A stretch of 64,000 nucleotides of DNA from NCBI GenBank assembly GCA_964016885.1, contig CAXHJY010000210.1, positions 1-64,000 of the forward strand, in the 5' to 3' direction. Under the pieces are notes generated by a model. The model made no database searches, had not been told where the DNA came from, and worked only from the letters and a program-made list of their open reading frames with translations. Origin of the DNA: Eledone cirrhosa. Its lineage: Eukaryota. Positions within the stretch are counted from its first letter, which is position 1; every line of letters starts with the position of its first letter. Of this stretch, positions 1 to 19,056 are shown in pieces. A program made the translations under genes and the position numbers.

Positions 1-113
1 CCACCTTCATGATGTGTGAAGAAAAAGATGCATCATCGCTCATATCTATGCCCCAGGTCTCGTATCGATTTTGACACGGGGATATCGGTCCCTCCTGGTC
101 CTGTGTTCCACTA
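1..113 (-). mobile_element. 5'-truncated CR1-clade LINE fragment (family of 31146-35910), runs off the window start
   Basis: Near-identical to about 31849-31970 (RT C-terminal region); ends in CTATA merging into (TA)n. Confidence 0.9.
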
Positions 114-3506
<3,393 letters not shown>

Positions 3507-3846
3507 GGAGGCACATGGCTTAGTGGTTAGAGCATTGGCCTTGCAATCGAAAGGTTGTGAGTTCAATTCTCAGACCGGGTGATGTGTTGTTTCCTTGAGC
3601 AAGACACTTTATTTCACATTGCTCCAGTTTACTCAGCTGTAGAAATGAGATGATAGGGACTGGGGTCCCTATCATTCCACTGCAAAGTGGTCGTGCAGGT
3701 GCCACGGCAAAAAAGCACCCAGCACTCACTGTAAATGAGGTTGGTGTTAGGAAGGGCATCCAGCTGTAGAAATCAAGCCAGCATCAATTCCCGTCCCACC
3801 CTTGCAAGCAGGGAAAAGTGGACGTAAAATGAAAATGAAATGATGA
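3507..3846 (+). mobile_element. tRNA-derived SINE with RTE-derived 3' tail
   Basis: Pol III A box TGGCTTAGTGG and B box GTTCAATTC; CCTTGAGCAAGACACTT core; hairpin 3650-3675; tail CCCGTCCCACCCTTGCAAGCAGGGAAAAG.GGACGTAAAATGA matches the RTE end at 6063-6104. Confidence 0.88.
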
Positions 3847-3898
3847 TATATATACATACATATATATATATACATATATATATATACATTATATATAT

Positions 3899-6110
3899 AT
3901 GATTTAGAGACGTATGACATAGATAATAACTGGAAGTTCTTACGTGACAACTTGCTGAAGGCTACTGATGAAACCTGTGGCTGGAGCAGAGCTCCAACCA
4001 GACAGTGACCTGGTGGTGGAACAGCAGTGTAGATAAGGCTATTAGAGACAAAAGACTAGCATGGAAGGCTTGGAATAAGGGTGGGAGTAGGGAAGAATAT
4101 ACAGACACTAAGAGAGAAGCTAGACGTCAGGTGTACTTAGCACGCAGGAGGCAGAGTGTAGGAGGTTTGCCAATGTTCTGCGACGGGAAGATCAGAGGCG
4201 TGCGGTGTTCCACATTGCAAAGGCAGTGTGTCAATGCAAATCAGATGTTGTTGGTGATAAATGTGTCCGGGATGATGCCGGTGTACTTAGTGTCACGAAT
4301 GACCAGAAAAAAAAAAAAAGAAAAAAGGAGGCCTGGAAATGTCATTATGAGAGACTGATGAATGTGGAGAACGAATGGGAGAGAGAGAAATTACCCTTGG
4401 TAGATCCGACAGAGGGACCAGCTATTGAGATTGACGAATATAGGGTCCAAGAGGCGATTAGGGAAATGAAAAATGGTAAGGCGGCCGGACCATCGGGAAT
4501 AGTTGCTGAGATGCTGAAGGCATCAGGGGACGTAGGCACTAAACTGGTTGCACGCATCATCAATCAGACTATACATGGTGGTGTCATACCCAAAGACTGG
4601 TGCAGCAGTATTCTCATAAATTACTACAAAGGTAAAGGGGATGCTTTGGAGGAGCAATTATAGGGGTATAAAACTGATAGATCAGGTTATGAAAGTGGCA
4701 GAAAGGATTTTAGCACAACTAATTAGAGAAAGGGTCAAACTAGATGAGATGCAGTTTGGTTTTGTGCCTGGGAAGAGTACAACAGATGCCCTCTTCTTGG
4801 TGAGACAAATGCAAGAGAGGTTCTTAGAGAAGAATAAGCCACTATACTTAGCCTTTGTTGACCTAGAGAAGGCCTTTGATAGGGTACCCCGATCTGTCAT
4901 CTGGTGGTCCCTAAGGAAGCTGGGTGTTGAGGAATGGCTTGTAAGGACAGTGCAAACTTTGTACAGAGGTACTCTCAGTAAAGTCAGGGTAGGAATGGAG
5001 TTTAGTGAGGAATTCCAGATACAAGTAGGAGTACATCAGGGTTCGATCCTCAGCCCGCTCTTGTTCATTATAGTCCTCCAAGCCATAACAGAGGAGTTTA
5101 AGACTGGCTGTCCATGGAACTTCTCTATGCTGACGATCTGGCTCTTATAGCAGAATCAGTAGAGGAGCTAGGGAATAAATTCCGGCTATGGAAACAGCAG
5201 TTGGAAGCAAGAGGACTGAGAGTAAATCTAGCTAAGACAAAAGTGTTGACGAGTAGAAAAGAGGACAAAACCCTGATTCCGTCAGGGAAATGGCCATGTT
5301 CGATATGCAGAAAAGGAACTGGCATAAATTCTATAAGATGCACACAATGTAGGTCCTGGGTACACAAGAGATGTAGCGGGATAGCAGGCAAACTAACAGG
5401 TAGGGAGAAATATGTATGCAGTAGATGTACAGGGAAATTAGACAGTAGAAGTCGCACTGATAGATACATTTTTCAAATGCGAGAGGGCGCTATAGAAGTG
5501 GTGGATAGTTTCCGGTACCTAGGAGATCAGATTAGCATGGGAGGAGGGTGTTCCGAGGCCATAGTATCTAGAATAAGGACGGGTTGGAAGAAGTTTAGGG
5601 AGCTGCTTCTGCTGATGAAGAAGGGTTTCTCCCTGCGTATGAAAGGCCGGTTATATGATGCCTATGTGAGGAGCGCGATGCTGCATGGTAGTGAGACATG
5701 GGCAGCTACCGCAGAAGATATGCGACGGCTGGAGAGAAATGAGGCAAGCATGCTCCGTTGGATGTGCAGTGTAAATGTGCGTGAACGACCCAGCATAAAT
5801 GTGTTGAGAGAGAAACTGTGTCTGAGAGGGATAGAATGTAGTGTACGGGAGAGGAGACTGAGGTGGTATGGACATGTGATGCGCATGGAGGATGACCGAT
5901 GGGTGAAGAAGTGCCAGGAAATGCCAGTTGAAGGAAGACGTGGTAGAGGTAGACCACGAAAAACATGGGCGGAGGTGGTGAGAACAGACCTCAGATCATT
6001 GAAGCTCACGGTGGAGATGACGAGGGACCGTGACGAGTGGAGAGATGCTGTGCTGAATAAGACCCGTCCCACCCTTGCAAGCAGGGAAAAGCGGACGTAA
6101 AATGATGATG
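3899..6110 (+). mobile_element. RTE LINE family A, 5'-truncated and frameshifted, (ATG)n tail
   Basis: ORF pieces 4205-4663, 4641-5150 and 5114-6100 with [35 protein letters not shown]. Confidence 0.93.
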
Positions 6111-7562
<1,452 letters not shown>

Positions 7563-7614
7563 ATAAAATAAAGTTAAATATAAGTCAAATGATTAAAATT
7601 TAGCTTCGTTTATT

Positions 7615-7669
7615 ACTGCTATATATATTTCAGTGACAGCCATCTTTGGCTGTGACCTCTTCAGGCAGT
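7615..7669 (-). ncRNA. Minimal type I hammerhead ribozyme motif
   Basis: Reverse complement of 7894-7948. Confidence 0.75.
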
Positions 7670-7893
7670 TTGAATTAGTATGGTATAGACAAGTACATAT
7701 GTTGTTTAGGTGTATGATATTGTCAATACTCTGAAATGCCCAGTTCCTTGTTCGGTTGTTAATTCACTGGGGAACTCTGATATGACTCCAGTTCCCCTGT
7801 GAATTAACCCAACAAGGAACTGGGCATATCAGAGTATTGACAATATTATACACCTAAACAACATATGTACTTGTCTATACCATGCTAATTCAA

Positions 7894-7948
7894 ACTGCCT
7901 GAAGAGGTCACAGCCAAAGATGGCTGTCACTGAAATATATATAGCAGT
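7894..7948 (+). ncRNA. Minimal type I hammerhead ribozyme motif
   Basis: ACTGC-CTGAAGA-GGTCACAGCCA(AAGA)TGGCTGTCACT-GAAA-TATATA-TA-GCAGT: stem I, core, stem II, palindromic stem III, UH site. Confidence 0.8.
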
Positions 7949-8092
7949 AATAAACGAAGCTAAGTTTTAATCATTTGACTTTTATTTCACTTTATTTTAC
8001 ACTACTCCGGAGTAACCAAACCAACCTGCGCACTTCGTCGAGTGCTCCAGCCTGCATACTGAGGGTTGGTATACAACCAACATAAACTCAAA

Positions 8093-8093
8093 A

Positions 8094-8125
<32 letters not shown>

Positions 8126-8479
8126 CATATATAATATATATACATATATAATATATATATATACATATATAATATATATCTACATATATAATATATATAT
8201 CTACATATATAATATATATCTACATATATAATATACATATATAATATATATCTACATATATATATATATACATATATAATATATATCTACATATATAATA
8301 TATATCTACATATATAATATATATCTACATATATATATACATATATAATATATATCTACATATATATATATATACATACATATATATACACATATATATA
8401 CATATATATATCTACATATATATATCTACATATATATATCTACATATATCTACATATATATATCTACATATATATATCT

Positions 8480-8522
<43 letters not shown>

Positions 8523-8557
8523 CAATATATATCTACATATATAATATACATATATAC

Positions 8558-8588
<31 letters not shown>

Positions 8589-8599
8589 TAATATATATA

Positions 8600-8632
<33 letters not shown>

Positions 8633-8661
8633 ACATATATATATATATATACATATATATA

Positions 8662-8693
<32 letters not shown>

Positions 8694-8768
8694 CATATAC
8701 ATATATACATATACATATACACATATACATATACATATATATATACATATATATATATATACATATAT

Positions 8769-8803
<35 letters not shown>

Positions 8804-8912
8804 TATATACATATATATATACATATATATATACATATACATATATATATACATATATATATACATATACATATACATATATATATACATATATATATAC
8901 ATATACATATAC

Positions 8913-8944
<32 letters not shown>

Positions 8945-9022
8945 ATACATATACATATATATATATATACATATATATATACATATACATATATATATAT
9001 ATACATATATATATACATATAC

Positions 9023-9053
<31 letters not shown>

Positions 9054-9124
9054 CATATACATATATATACATATACATATATATATATATACATATATAT
9101 ACATATATATATATATACATATAC

Positions 9125-9155
<31 letters not shown>

Positions 9156-9222
9156 CATATATATATACATATATATATATACATATATATATATACATAT
9201 ATATATACATATATATATATAT

Positions 9223-9265
<43 letters not shown>

Positions 9266-9268
9266 TAT

Positions 9269-9301
<33 letters not shown>

Positions 9302-9334
9302 TATATAATATATATATATACATATACATATATA

Positions 9335-9366
<32 letters not shown>

Positions 9367-9440
9367 ATACATATACATATATATATACATATACATATAT
9401 ATATACATATACACATATATAATATATATATATATATACA
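8093..9440. repeat. (TA)n array with TCTAC/TAAT then TACA variant units
   Basis: Direct reading. Confidence 0.97.
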
Positions 9441-10970
9441 TTTCGACCGCGGACGGCTAACATAACCCCATCGCCCCCCGCCCCCCACCGCCCCCAACCC
9501 CCAAACGCAATCCAAAACTTCAGAGTTGGTACCATAAATGTAGGCACCCTAAAGGGTCGCGCTAACGAGGTTGTAGAAATGCTTGAACGTAAGGAGGTCG
9601 ATGTTTGTTGTATTCAAGAGACCAGGTGGAGGGGTGGGTCTGCTAGGTTCATTGAGGGTAAAAAACGATGTTATAAGCTTTTCTGGGTGGGAAACGACGA
9701 TGGGCTGGGTGGAGTAGGAATCATGGTAGCAGAAAAGTGGGCAGATAAGATAATAGACGTAAATAGAGTGAACGACAGAATAATTAAAATACGACTTGTC
9801 CTCAATAGAACTACGGTGACAGTAATATCTGCGTACGCACCCCAATCGGGACTGCCCGGCACTATAAAAGACAGATTCTATGAGACACTGATGCTAACTA
9901 CCTCCCAAATATCCGACAGTGACTATATAATTATCGCAGGCGACCTAAATGGTCACGTTGGACAACATTGTGACGGCTACGACGAAATCCATGGAGGCTA
10001 TGGGTTTGGTACTAGAAATGAGGAAGGCTCCAGAATCCTGGAATTCTGTGATGCAAATAACCTAACTATCTGTAACACTAACTTCAAAAAACGTGACAAT
10101 CACCTGATCACCTATAGATCCAGGGAACACACAAGCCAGGTAGATTATATCCTTACCAGAAGACGTGACAGAGTGTCTGTTGTAAACACTAAATCCCTCC
10201 CCCATGAAGAATGCACCTCCCAACATAGACTGATAATTAGCGACCTCATAGTCAGGACGAGACGTACTCGACAACAGAAGAGGACTATCCTCAGGAGGAA
10301 AATATGGAAGCTAAAGGACCCCACAGCCAGGAATAAATTTCAAAGCATATTACTTGATGCTTTCGACAGTAAGGAAGAACATTTAGAGTCGGACAATATA
10401 GAGGGAGAGTGGGAATTTCTGAAAGCAAACCTGCTGTTGGCGACAGACGAAGTCTGTGGCTGGAGCAGGCCTGTAGGCAGGAGGAGAGTAACATGGTGGT
10501 GGAACAGTAAGGTGGAGGGGTCAATTAAGGCCAAAAAGCAGGCTTGGAAAGTATGGCGGGATGGGGGAAGTAGAGAGGACTATCAAGTGGCCAGGATGGA
10601 AGCTAGGAGACAAGTGTACTTAGCAAGAAGGGAAGCTGAGGAAAGAAAGTTCAAGCATGTTCTACAACGCGATGACCAAAAACGTGAGGTGTTCAGGATT
10701 GCTAGGCAATGCGTCAAGGAAAACCGTGATATTGTCGGGGAGAAGTGTGTACTAAACGACGATGGCACATTTGCCATCACCGACGCTGATAAGAAGGTAG
10801 CTTGGAAGTGTCACTATGAAAGGCTACTAAATGAGGAGAATAATTGGGAGAAAGGCAGTCTCCCCCATATCGACCCAATAGAGGGACCAGCAGTGTTACT
10901 CGAGGGGAGTATAATAAGTAAGGCAATCAAGGATATGAAGACGGGTAAGGCGGCTGGCCTTCGGAAATAG
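9441..10970 (+). pseudogene. RTE ORF N-terminal half: AP endonuclease and linker
   Basis: Frame of the 9579 ORF is open back to 9441 ([15 protein letters not shown]); broken at GKAAG/PSGI by a frameshift. Confidence 0.88.
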
Positions 10971-10978
10971 TTGCTGAG

Positions 10979-12553
10979 ATGCTGAAGGCATCTGGCACGG
11001 TGGGACACACCATGGTCACCCGCATAGTTAACCAAGTCGTACAGAATGGGGTTGTTCCGAAGGACTGGCATAGCAGCATCATCGTTAACTGTTATAAGGG
11101 TAAAGGAGACGCCCTAGATAGGAGTAACTATAGAGGCATTAAATTAATCGACCAGGTCATGAAGGTCACGGAAAAAGTAATAGCGCAACTAATCAGAGAG
11201 AGAATTGACCTAGATGAAATGCAGTTCGGGTTTGTGTCAGGCAAAAGTACCACAGACGCTCTTTTCATAGTACGACAACTACAGGAGAAGTACCTAGCTA
11301 AAGGTAAACCCCTCTACTTAGCTTTTGTCGACTTGGAGAAAGCCTTCGACAGAGTCCCCCGCTCCATTATCTGGTGGGCTCTTAGAAAACTAGGCGTTGA
11401 CGAATGGCTTGTGAGGGCTATACAAGCCATGTATAAAGAAACAGTCAGCAAGGTTAGAATTAACAACGAATATAGTGAAGAGTTTAGCGTAAAAGTTGGC
11501 GTCCATCAGGGCTCTGTTCTCAGCCCACTACTATTTATTATTGCCCTTCAGGCTATAACAGAGGAGTTCAAGACAGGCTGCACATGGGAACTCCTATACG
11601 CAGACGACCTGACACTCATAGCGGAATCAATGGCCGAGCTAGAGAAGAAATTCCAAACATGGAAGCACGGCCTAGAGTCAAAAGGACTTAAAATTAACCT
11701 GGCTAAGACCAAAGTACTAGTTTGTAGGAAAGAAAACAAAGCGGCGGTCCCTTCTGGGAAATGGTCGTGCTCGGTGTGTAGGAAAGGCGTAGGTAGAAAC
11801 TCCATTTTATGTCCTAAATGCAAAGTATGGGTGCATAAAAGATGTAGTGGGATCACAGGTAAGCTAACTAAGAACATAGATTTTACATGTGGCCGGTGCT
11901 CTGGTGCAATAAGTAGCAGCAAGTGCCCACAAACTACTAGCTCTTTCAATTGCGCAGAGGGTTCTATAGAAATAGTGGACAGCTTCCGTTACCTGGGCGA
12001 TAAAATCAGCAGTGGGGGAGGGTGCTCTGAAAGTACTGTAGCTAGAGTCAGAACTGGTTGGAAAAAGTTCAGAGAGCTTATACCACTATTAGCTGCTAAA
12101 GGGTTCTCACTAAAAATGAAAGGCAGGTTGTACGATGCCTGCATACGAACATCAATGCTGCATGGCAGTGAGACCTGGGCATTGTGTGCAGAGGATATAC
12201 GCAGACTAGAGAGGAACGAAGCTTGCATGCTCCGCTGGATGTGTAACAGTAATATACGTGAACGGCAAAGCATAAACGAACTAAGGAAAACATTAGAGAT
12301 AAGAGGGATCAGATGTTGTTTACTCGAGAGAAGGCTACGTTGGTATGGACACGTGATGCGCATGAAAGTCGATAGCTGTATAACAAAGTGCAGGGCAATA
12401 AAGATAGACGGTAGTCACGGAATAGGCAGACCTAGAAAAACCTGGGACGAGCTGATAAACTCCGACATCACACACTTACACCTCTCCAAGACAATGTCAC
12501 TGGACCGAGACCTTTGGCGGTACTCAGTAACAGAGAAGACCCGCCTTACCTAA
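10979..12553 (+). pseudogene. RTE ORF C-terminal half: reverse transcriptase with PHD-like insertion
   Basis: [34 protein letters not shown]4HC3 cluster, [13 protein letters not shown]. Confidence 0.9.
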
Positions 12554-12942
12554 ATATATAGTAAAACCTACTCCAGCCAGTAGGCATCTCTAACAAAAGA
12601 CACCCCGTCCCACCACCACCACCCGATCCACACCACCCCGTTCTATGTAAAGTTATGTTGGTGCCGCGCCATCGAGGCCGAAACAAATGAGATCGTGTAG
12701 GTGTCACGACAAAAAAACACAGTCCACGCTGTAATGTGGCCGTGTAGGCAACACGGTAAAAACCTCCCAGACCCACACTGTAAATGTGGTTGGTGTTAGG
12801 AAGGGCATCCAACTGTAGAAAACCTGCCAGACAGTCCTATGCGAGCAAGACAATCACTCTTGCCTCAAGTGGGACTACCCCCGTCCAAACCCATGCAAGC
12901 GTGGAACACGGACGTTAAACGTTGATGATGATGATGATGATG

Positions 12943-13593
12943 ATACATATATATATACATATACATATATATATATATACATATACATATATATACATAT
13001 ACATATATATACATATACATATATATACATATACATATATATATACATATACATATACATATATACATATATATATACATATATATATATACATATATAT
13101 ATATACATATACATATACATATATATATATACATATATAATATATATATATACATATACATATATATATACATATATATACATATATACATATATATACA
13201 TATATACATATATATATACATATATACATATATATATACATATATACATATATACATACATATATACATATATATATACATATATATATACATATATATA
13301 TACATATATACATATATATATACATATATATACATATATATATACATATATACATATACATATACATATATACATATACATATATATATACATATACACA
13401 TACATATACATATACATATACATATATATATACATATACACATACATATACATATATACATATATATATATATATACATATATATATACATATATATACA
13501 TACATATATACATATATACATATACACATATATATATACATATATACATATACACATATATATATATACATATATACATATACACATATACAC

Positions 13594-13640
<47 letters not shown>

Positions 13641-13717
13641 CATATATACATATACATATATACATATACATATATACATACAAATATACATATATACATA
13701 CATATATACATATATAC

Positions 13718-13750
<33 letters not shown>

Positions 13751-13771
13751 CATATATATATACATATATAC

Positions 13772-13803
<32 letters not shown>

Positions 13804-13813
13804 ACATATATAC

Positions 13814-13845
<32 letters not shown>

Positions 13846-14155
13846 ACATATATACATATATATACATATATATATATACATATATACATATATATACATA
13901 TATATATATACATATATACATATATATACATATATACATATATATATACATATATACATATATATACATATATACATATATATATACATATATATATACA
14001 TATATATATATATATACATATATATATACATATATATATATATACATATATATATACATATATATATACATATATATATATATACATATACATATATATA
14101 TACATATACATATATATATACATATATATATACATATATATATATATACATATAT
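12943..14155. repeat. (TA)n/(TACA) array
   Basis: Direct reading. Confidence 0.97.
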
Positions 14156-14284
14156 GGAAAGTTATATTTAAATTGTTGGGTTACAACTAGTAAATATTTA
14201 TAACTGATATAAAAGCACTCAACAAGTATTTGGAGTATATTTACGATATTAAATAAATGGAAACTATATTTATAAAACCATATT

Positions 14285-14350
14285 TATTTCATTATATATA
14301 TTTCAGGGATATCATATTAACAATATGTTATGCCTTCCTCAGACAAAATA
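14285..14350 (-). ncRNA. Minimal hammerhead ribozyme motif in pLTR
   Basis: TATTTTGT-CTGAGGA-AGG..CCT-GAAA-TATATA-TA-ATGAAATA on minus strand. Confidence 0.72.
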
Positions 14351-15648
14351 CAATATAGACAGTTTTATAGATAAATAGATTTGACATACCGTTCAACATC
14401 GACTTGTATTTGAGAAAGTTGATTTGGCAGTGAAAAATTGTAAACAGAAAGAAAGAAAGAGAGAAAGAAGGAAAGAAAGAAAGAAAATGAAGAAAAAGAA
14501 GAAATGCATGTAACAAAATAGAGAGATGGAAAGATAGATAAAGAGAAGAACTTCATGTAAAGAAACAGAGAGAGATATATATAGAGAGGAAATAGATAGA
14601 GATAGACATATATAGAGAAAAGTAGGTAGTTGGAACGTATCAATGATACATTTATTTATTTATTTATTTATTTAGCTCTAGTATTAATGTAAGGGAGATA
14701 TATGTGGTTAGGGAAGAACCCAGCCGTTATATAGAGAGAAAAATGAAAAGTAACCAGACATAGGCGAGGCATAATTTGAAAACCCTATGTTTTAATGTAG
14801 AAGTATTAGTACGTATAAAAACCAGGCGCTATAATGTAAATATCAGTATTCCTGAATGAGACACGTATCCATAATGTGTGAAAAGTAATGATCTTATGTT
14901 TAGTTTTAAAAATTCATATGTTTATATGATAACTACAAACATCGATGTGAATTTACGTGATCAATTCTGCAGATCTCTATTTCACACGGAGAACATTCTC
15001 ATTGTGCTATAAAAATTTAAGTATACATATATGTGTATATATATACACATATATATAGAGTCTATATTAATTTTAACAATACTATTCTTGTCTTTACTCT
15101 ACATGATTATCTATCAAGCAGAAATAGAGAACAGATTTCAATATATTAATAAAAAAATATCAGAAACAAAAACAAAAAATAATAATGATAATAATAATAA
15201 TAATAAATAATAATAAAATAGAAAACTAAAAACTAAAAAATATTACAAAAAAATATTACATATTAAAAATAAAAATATTAGAAAATATTACAATAAAAAA
15301 TAAACCACAAAGATCAACCCTTCAAAATTAATTGACAATATATTGCCAAGTTCATTATAAGCATCAGAGTCGAAAAACAGATAAAGCTAAAAATTATTTA
15401 TCAAATCGCATCTAGCAAAAATCATTTCAAAAAGTTTAGGATGCCCATTTGGTCTACATGTGTTCTTATATTTAATATAGAAGTTTATGTAGTGTAACGT
15501 TTATTCGAAATATTTGGAGCATCAACTTTTAGGGTAGTTTAATTTTTCATGAAGAATGTTTAAATAAAAATAAAAATAAGAATAAAAAGAAGAAATCGAA
15601 AGATTTATCGGCTAGTTTCCCAAATAATTATAAAACAAACTAAATATA

Positions 15649-16110
15649 CTACATTTTAAATTTAAATTTATATTTAAAAGTTGAGTTTAATCTATGTTTG
15701 CAGCAACTGAATAAATTTGTCCGTAGATTAAGGGAATTTTTAGATTTTAGTATAAAGAATATCTCCTCTGCGCAGAGGTCACATGTCTCAAAGGATGAAT
15801 TAAAAGGAATCCCTCTTGAGACTATATTCCAAGCCGTCGAATATCTAACGTTATCTAGCTTAAGTTGCCAGAGTACGCCTGATAGTGCTGTTGAAGATTT
15901 TTTGCTTGGATCTGTGAAAGAATTCTTGTGGTTATTATAGCGAAGTTTAAATTCCGTCAATGTGGAACCGACGTAGTTAAAAGAATTAGAGTCAGTTTTA
16001 ACATTACAATTGTATATTATATTTTTAACTAAGCAGTTGTTATTTAACGGACATTTAGATCTATCTCTACAGTTACATTTGTTAACTTGTATATTATTTA
16101 TGCTATTATC
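15649..16110 (-). pseudogene. PLE C-terminal GIY-YIG endonuclease fragment
   Basis: [44 protein letters not shown]. Confidence 0.88.
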
Positions 16111-16374
16111 ACTTTTCTCTATATATGTCTATCTCTATTTCCTCTCTCTCTATATATATCTCTCTCTGTTTCTTTACATGAAGTTCTTCTCTTTATCTAT
16201 CTTTCCATCTCTCTATTTTGTTACATGCATTTCTTCATTTTCTTTCTTTCTTTCCTTCTTTCTCTCTTTCTTTCTTTCTGTTTACAATTTTTCACTGCCA
16301 AATCAACTTTCTCAAATACAAGTCGATGTTGAACGGTATGTCAAATCTATTTATCTATAAAACTGTCTATATTG

Positions 16375-16440
16375 TATTTTGTCTGAGGAAGGCATAACAT
16401 ATTGTTAATATGATATCCCTGAAATATATATAATGAAATA
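16375..16440 (+). ncRNA. Minimal hammerhead ribozyme motif in inverted pLTR
   Basis: CTGAGGA at 16383, GAAA at 16421, TATATA loop, TA site 16431-16432. Confidence 0.72.
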
Positions 16441-16607
16441 AATATGGTTTTATAAATATAGTTTCCATTTATTTAATATCGTATATATACATATATATAT
16501 ATATACATATATATATATACATATATATATACATATATATATATATATACATATATATATATGTATATGTATATATATATGTATATATATATATACATAT
16601 ATATATA

Positions 16608-16784
16608 TTGGGAACCCCTACATGGACACACTAGAAGAGGAAGACCAAGGTTAACATATGTTGATGCCCTAAGGACAGACATTGGTCTGTTGGAGATGCA
16701 GGATATGGCAGCGATAATGAGGGACAGAGACCGCTGGAGAGAACTCGTCCATGGATCTCGGGAATTTTACCCGCCTTAGATAGA
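16608..16784 (+). mobile_element. 3' end fragment of a fourth RTE-like LINE family, (TAGA)n tail
   Basis: [29 protein letters not shown], then stop and TAGATAGA. Confidence 0.8.
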
Positions 16785-18489
<1,705 letters not shown>

Positions 18490-18651
18490 GGTAAATATAC
18501 ACGGGTGTGTATGATTGTGTATAGAAGATTATATTAATAAGAGGAATTCCAACTTTGTCTGATTTACTCGTTTTATTTACAATCCTTTAAAATATATATA
18601 ATGGTATTATAATGAAATAGTATGATAGAATATTAAATTCTCAGTGTTAAT

Positions 18652-18690
18652 TGAACAAGTACTTTTATGCTTTCGCAATCTTCAGATTCA
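18652..18690 (-). ncRNA. Degenerate minimal hammerhead motif
   Basis: TGAAT-CTGAAGA-TTGC(GAAA)GCAT-AAAA-GTAC-TT-GTTCA; core GAAA reads AAAA. Confidence 0.55.
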
Positions 18691-19056
18691 TGATATGTGG
18701 TGACAGTCGTGTTTGCAATTTTCAACTGTAATGAGATGGGTAAATTTCCTACCTTTTATACATTTTATACAGAGAAAAGTGGCTCCAGAATGCAAAGTCC
18801 TGTAAACTGTATTTCGACCAATCAGTGTGTTGTTTCACTGAATTACTACAGCTGATTGGTTTAAGCGAAACGGCTGGTTGAGCATGCTAAAGACCAATAG
18901 TCATACCCAATTGTTTTGCTTTTTGAAATGATGAAAATAGCATTTTCTATTAATCATCACCATCAACATCACTTTTATTATTATTATTATTGTTGTTGTT
19001 GTTGTTGTTAGTGGTCGTGGTCATAGTGGTAGTAAAAGTAATACCCTTAGGCGTTA

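Larger units (their letters stand above)
7563..8092 (+). mobile_element. Non-coding fold-back PLE-derived element (inverted pLTR pair plus unpaired 3' tail)
   Basis: Arms 7563-7776 and 7790-7999 are near-perfect reverse complements around a 13-nt loop; each has an HHR followed by AATAAA; unique tail 8000-8092. Confidence 0.8.
9441..12942 (+). mobile_element. RTE LINE family B, near-complete ORF (APE + RT), long 3' UTR, (ATG)n tail
   Basis: APE motifs (NVGTL, IQETRW, GDLNGH, QVDYIL, SQHR) and RT motifs; one frameshift near 10960; tail GATGATGATG to 12942. Confidence 0.95.
14156..16483 (-). mobile_element. 5'-truncated Penelope-like element (tentatively Nematis-like) with inverted pLTR
   Basis: GIY-YIG fragment 15649-16110; arms 14242-14623 and 16111-16483 are inverted; unpaired tail 14156-14241. 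Confidence 0.88.

Noticed and set aside
3507-3580. Possible tRNA gene
   Set aside because: Acceptor and anticodon stems do not pair well, and the sequence continues into a SINE body and LINE tail
7563-7999. MITE or DNA-transposon reading of the inverted repeats (also 14242-16483, 24512-27482, 38165-39317)
   Set aside because: Arms are asymmetric with a one-sided tail, contain HHRs and enclose GIY-YIG/RT rather than a transposase, which fits PLE pLTRs
10950-10980. Programmed frameshift in the RTE ORF (also near 4650 and 5115)
   Set aside because: No slippery heptamer; other copies are in frame at the equivalent sites, so decay or indel error is more likely
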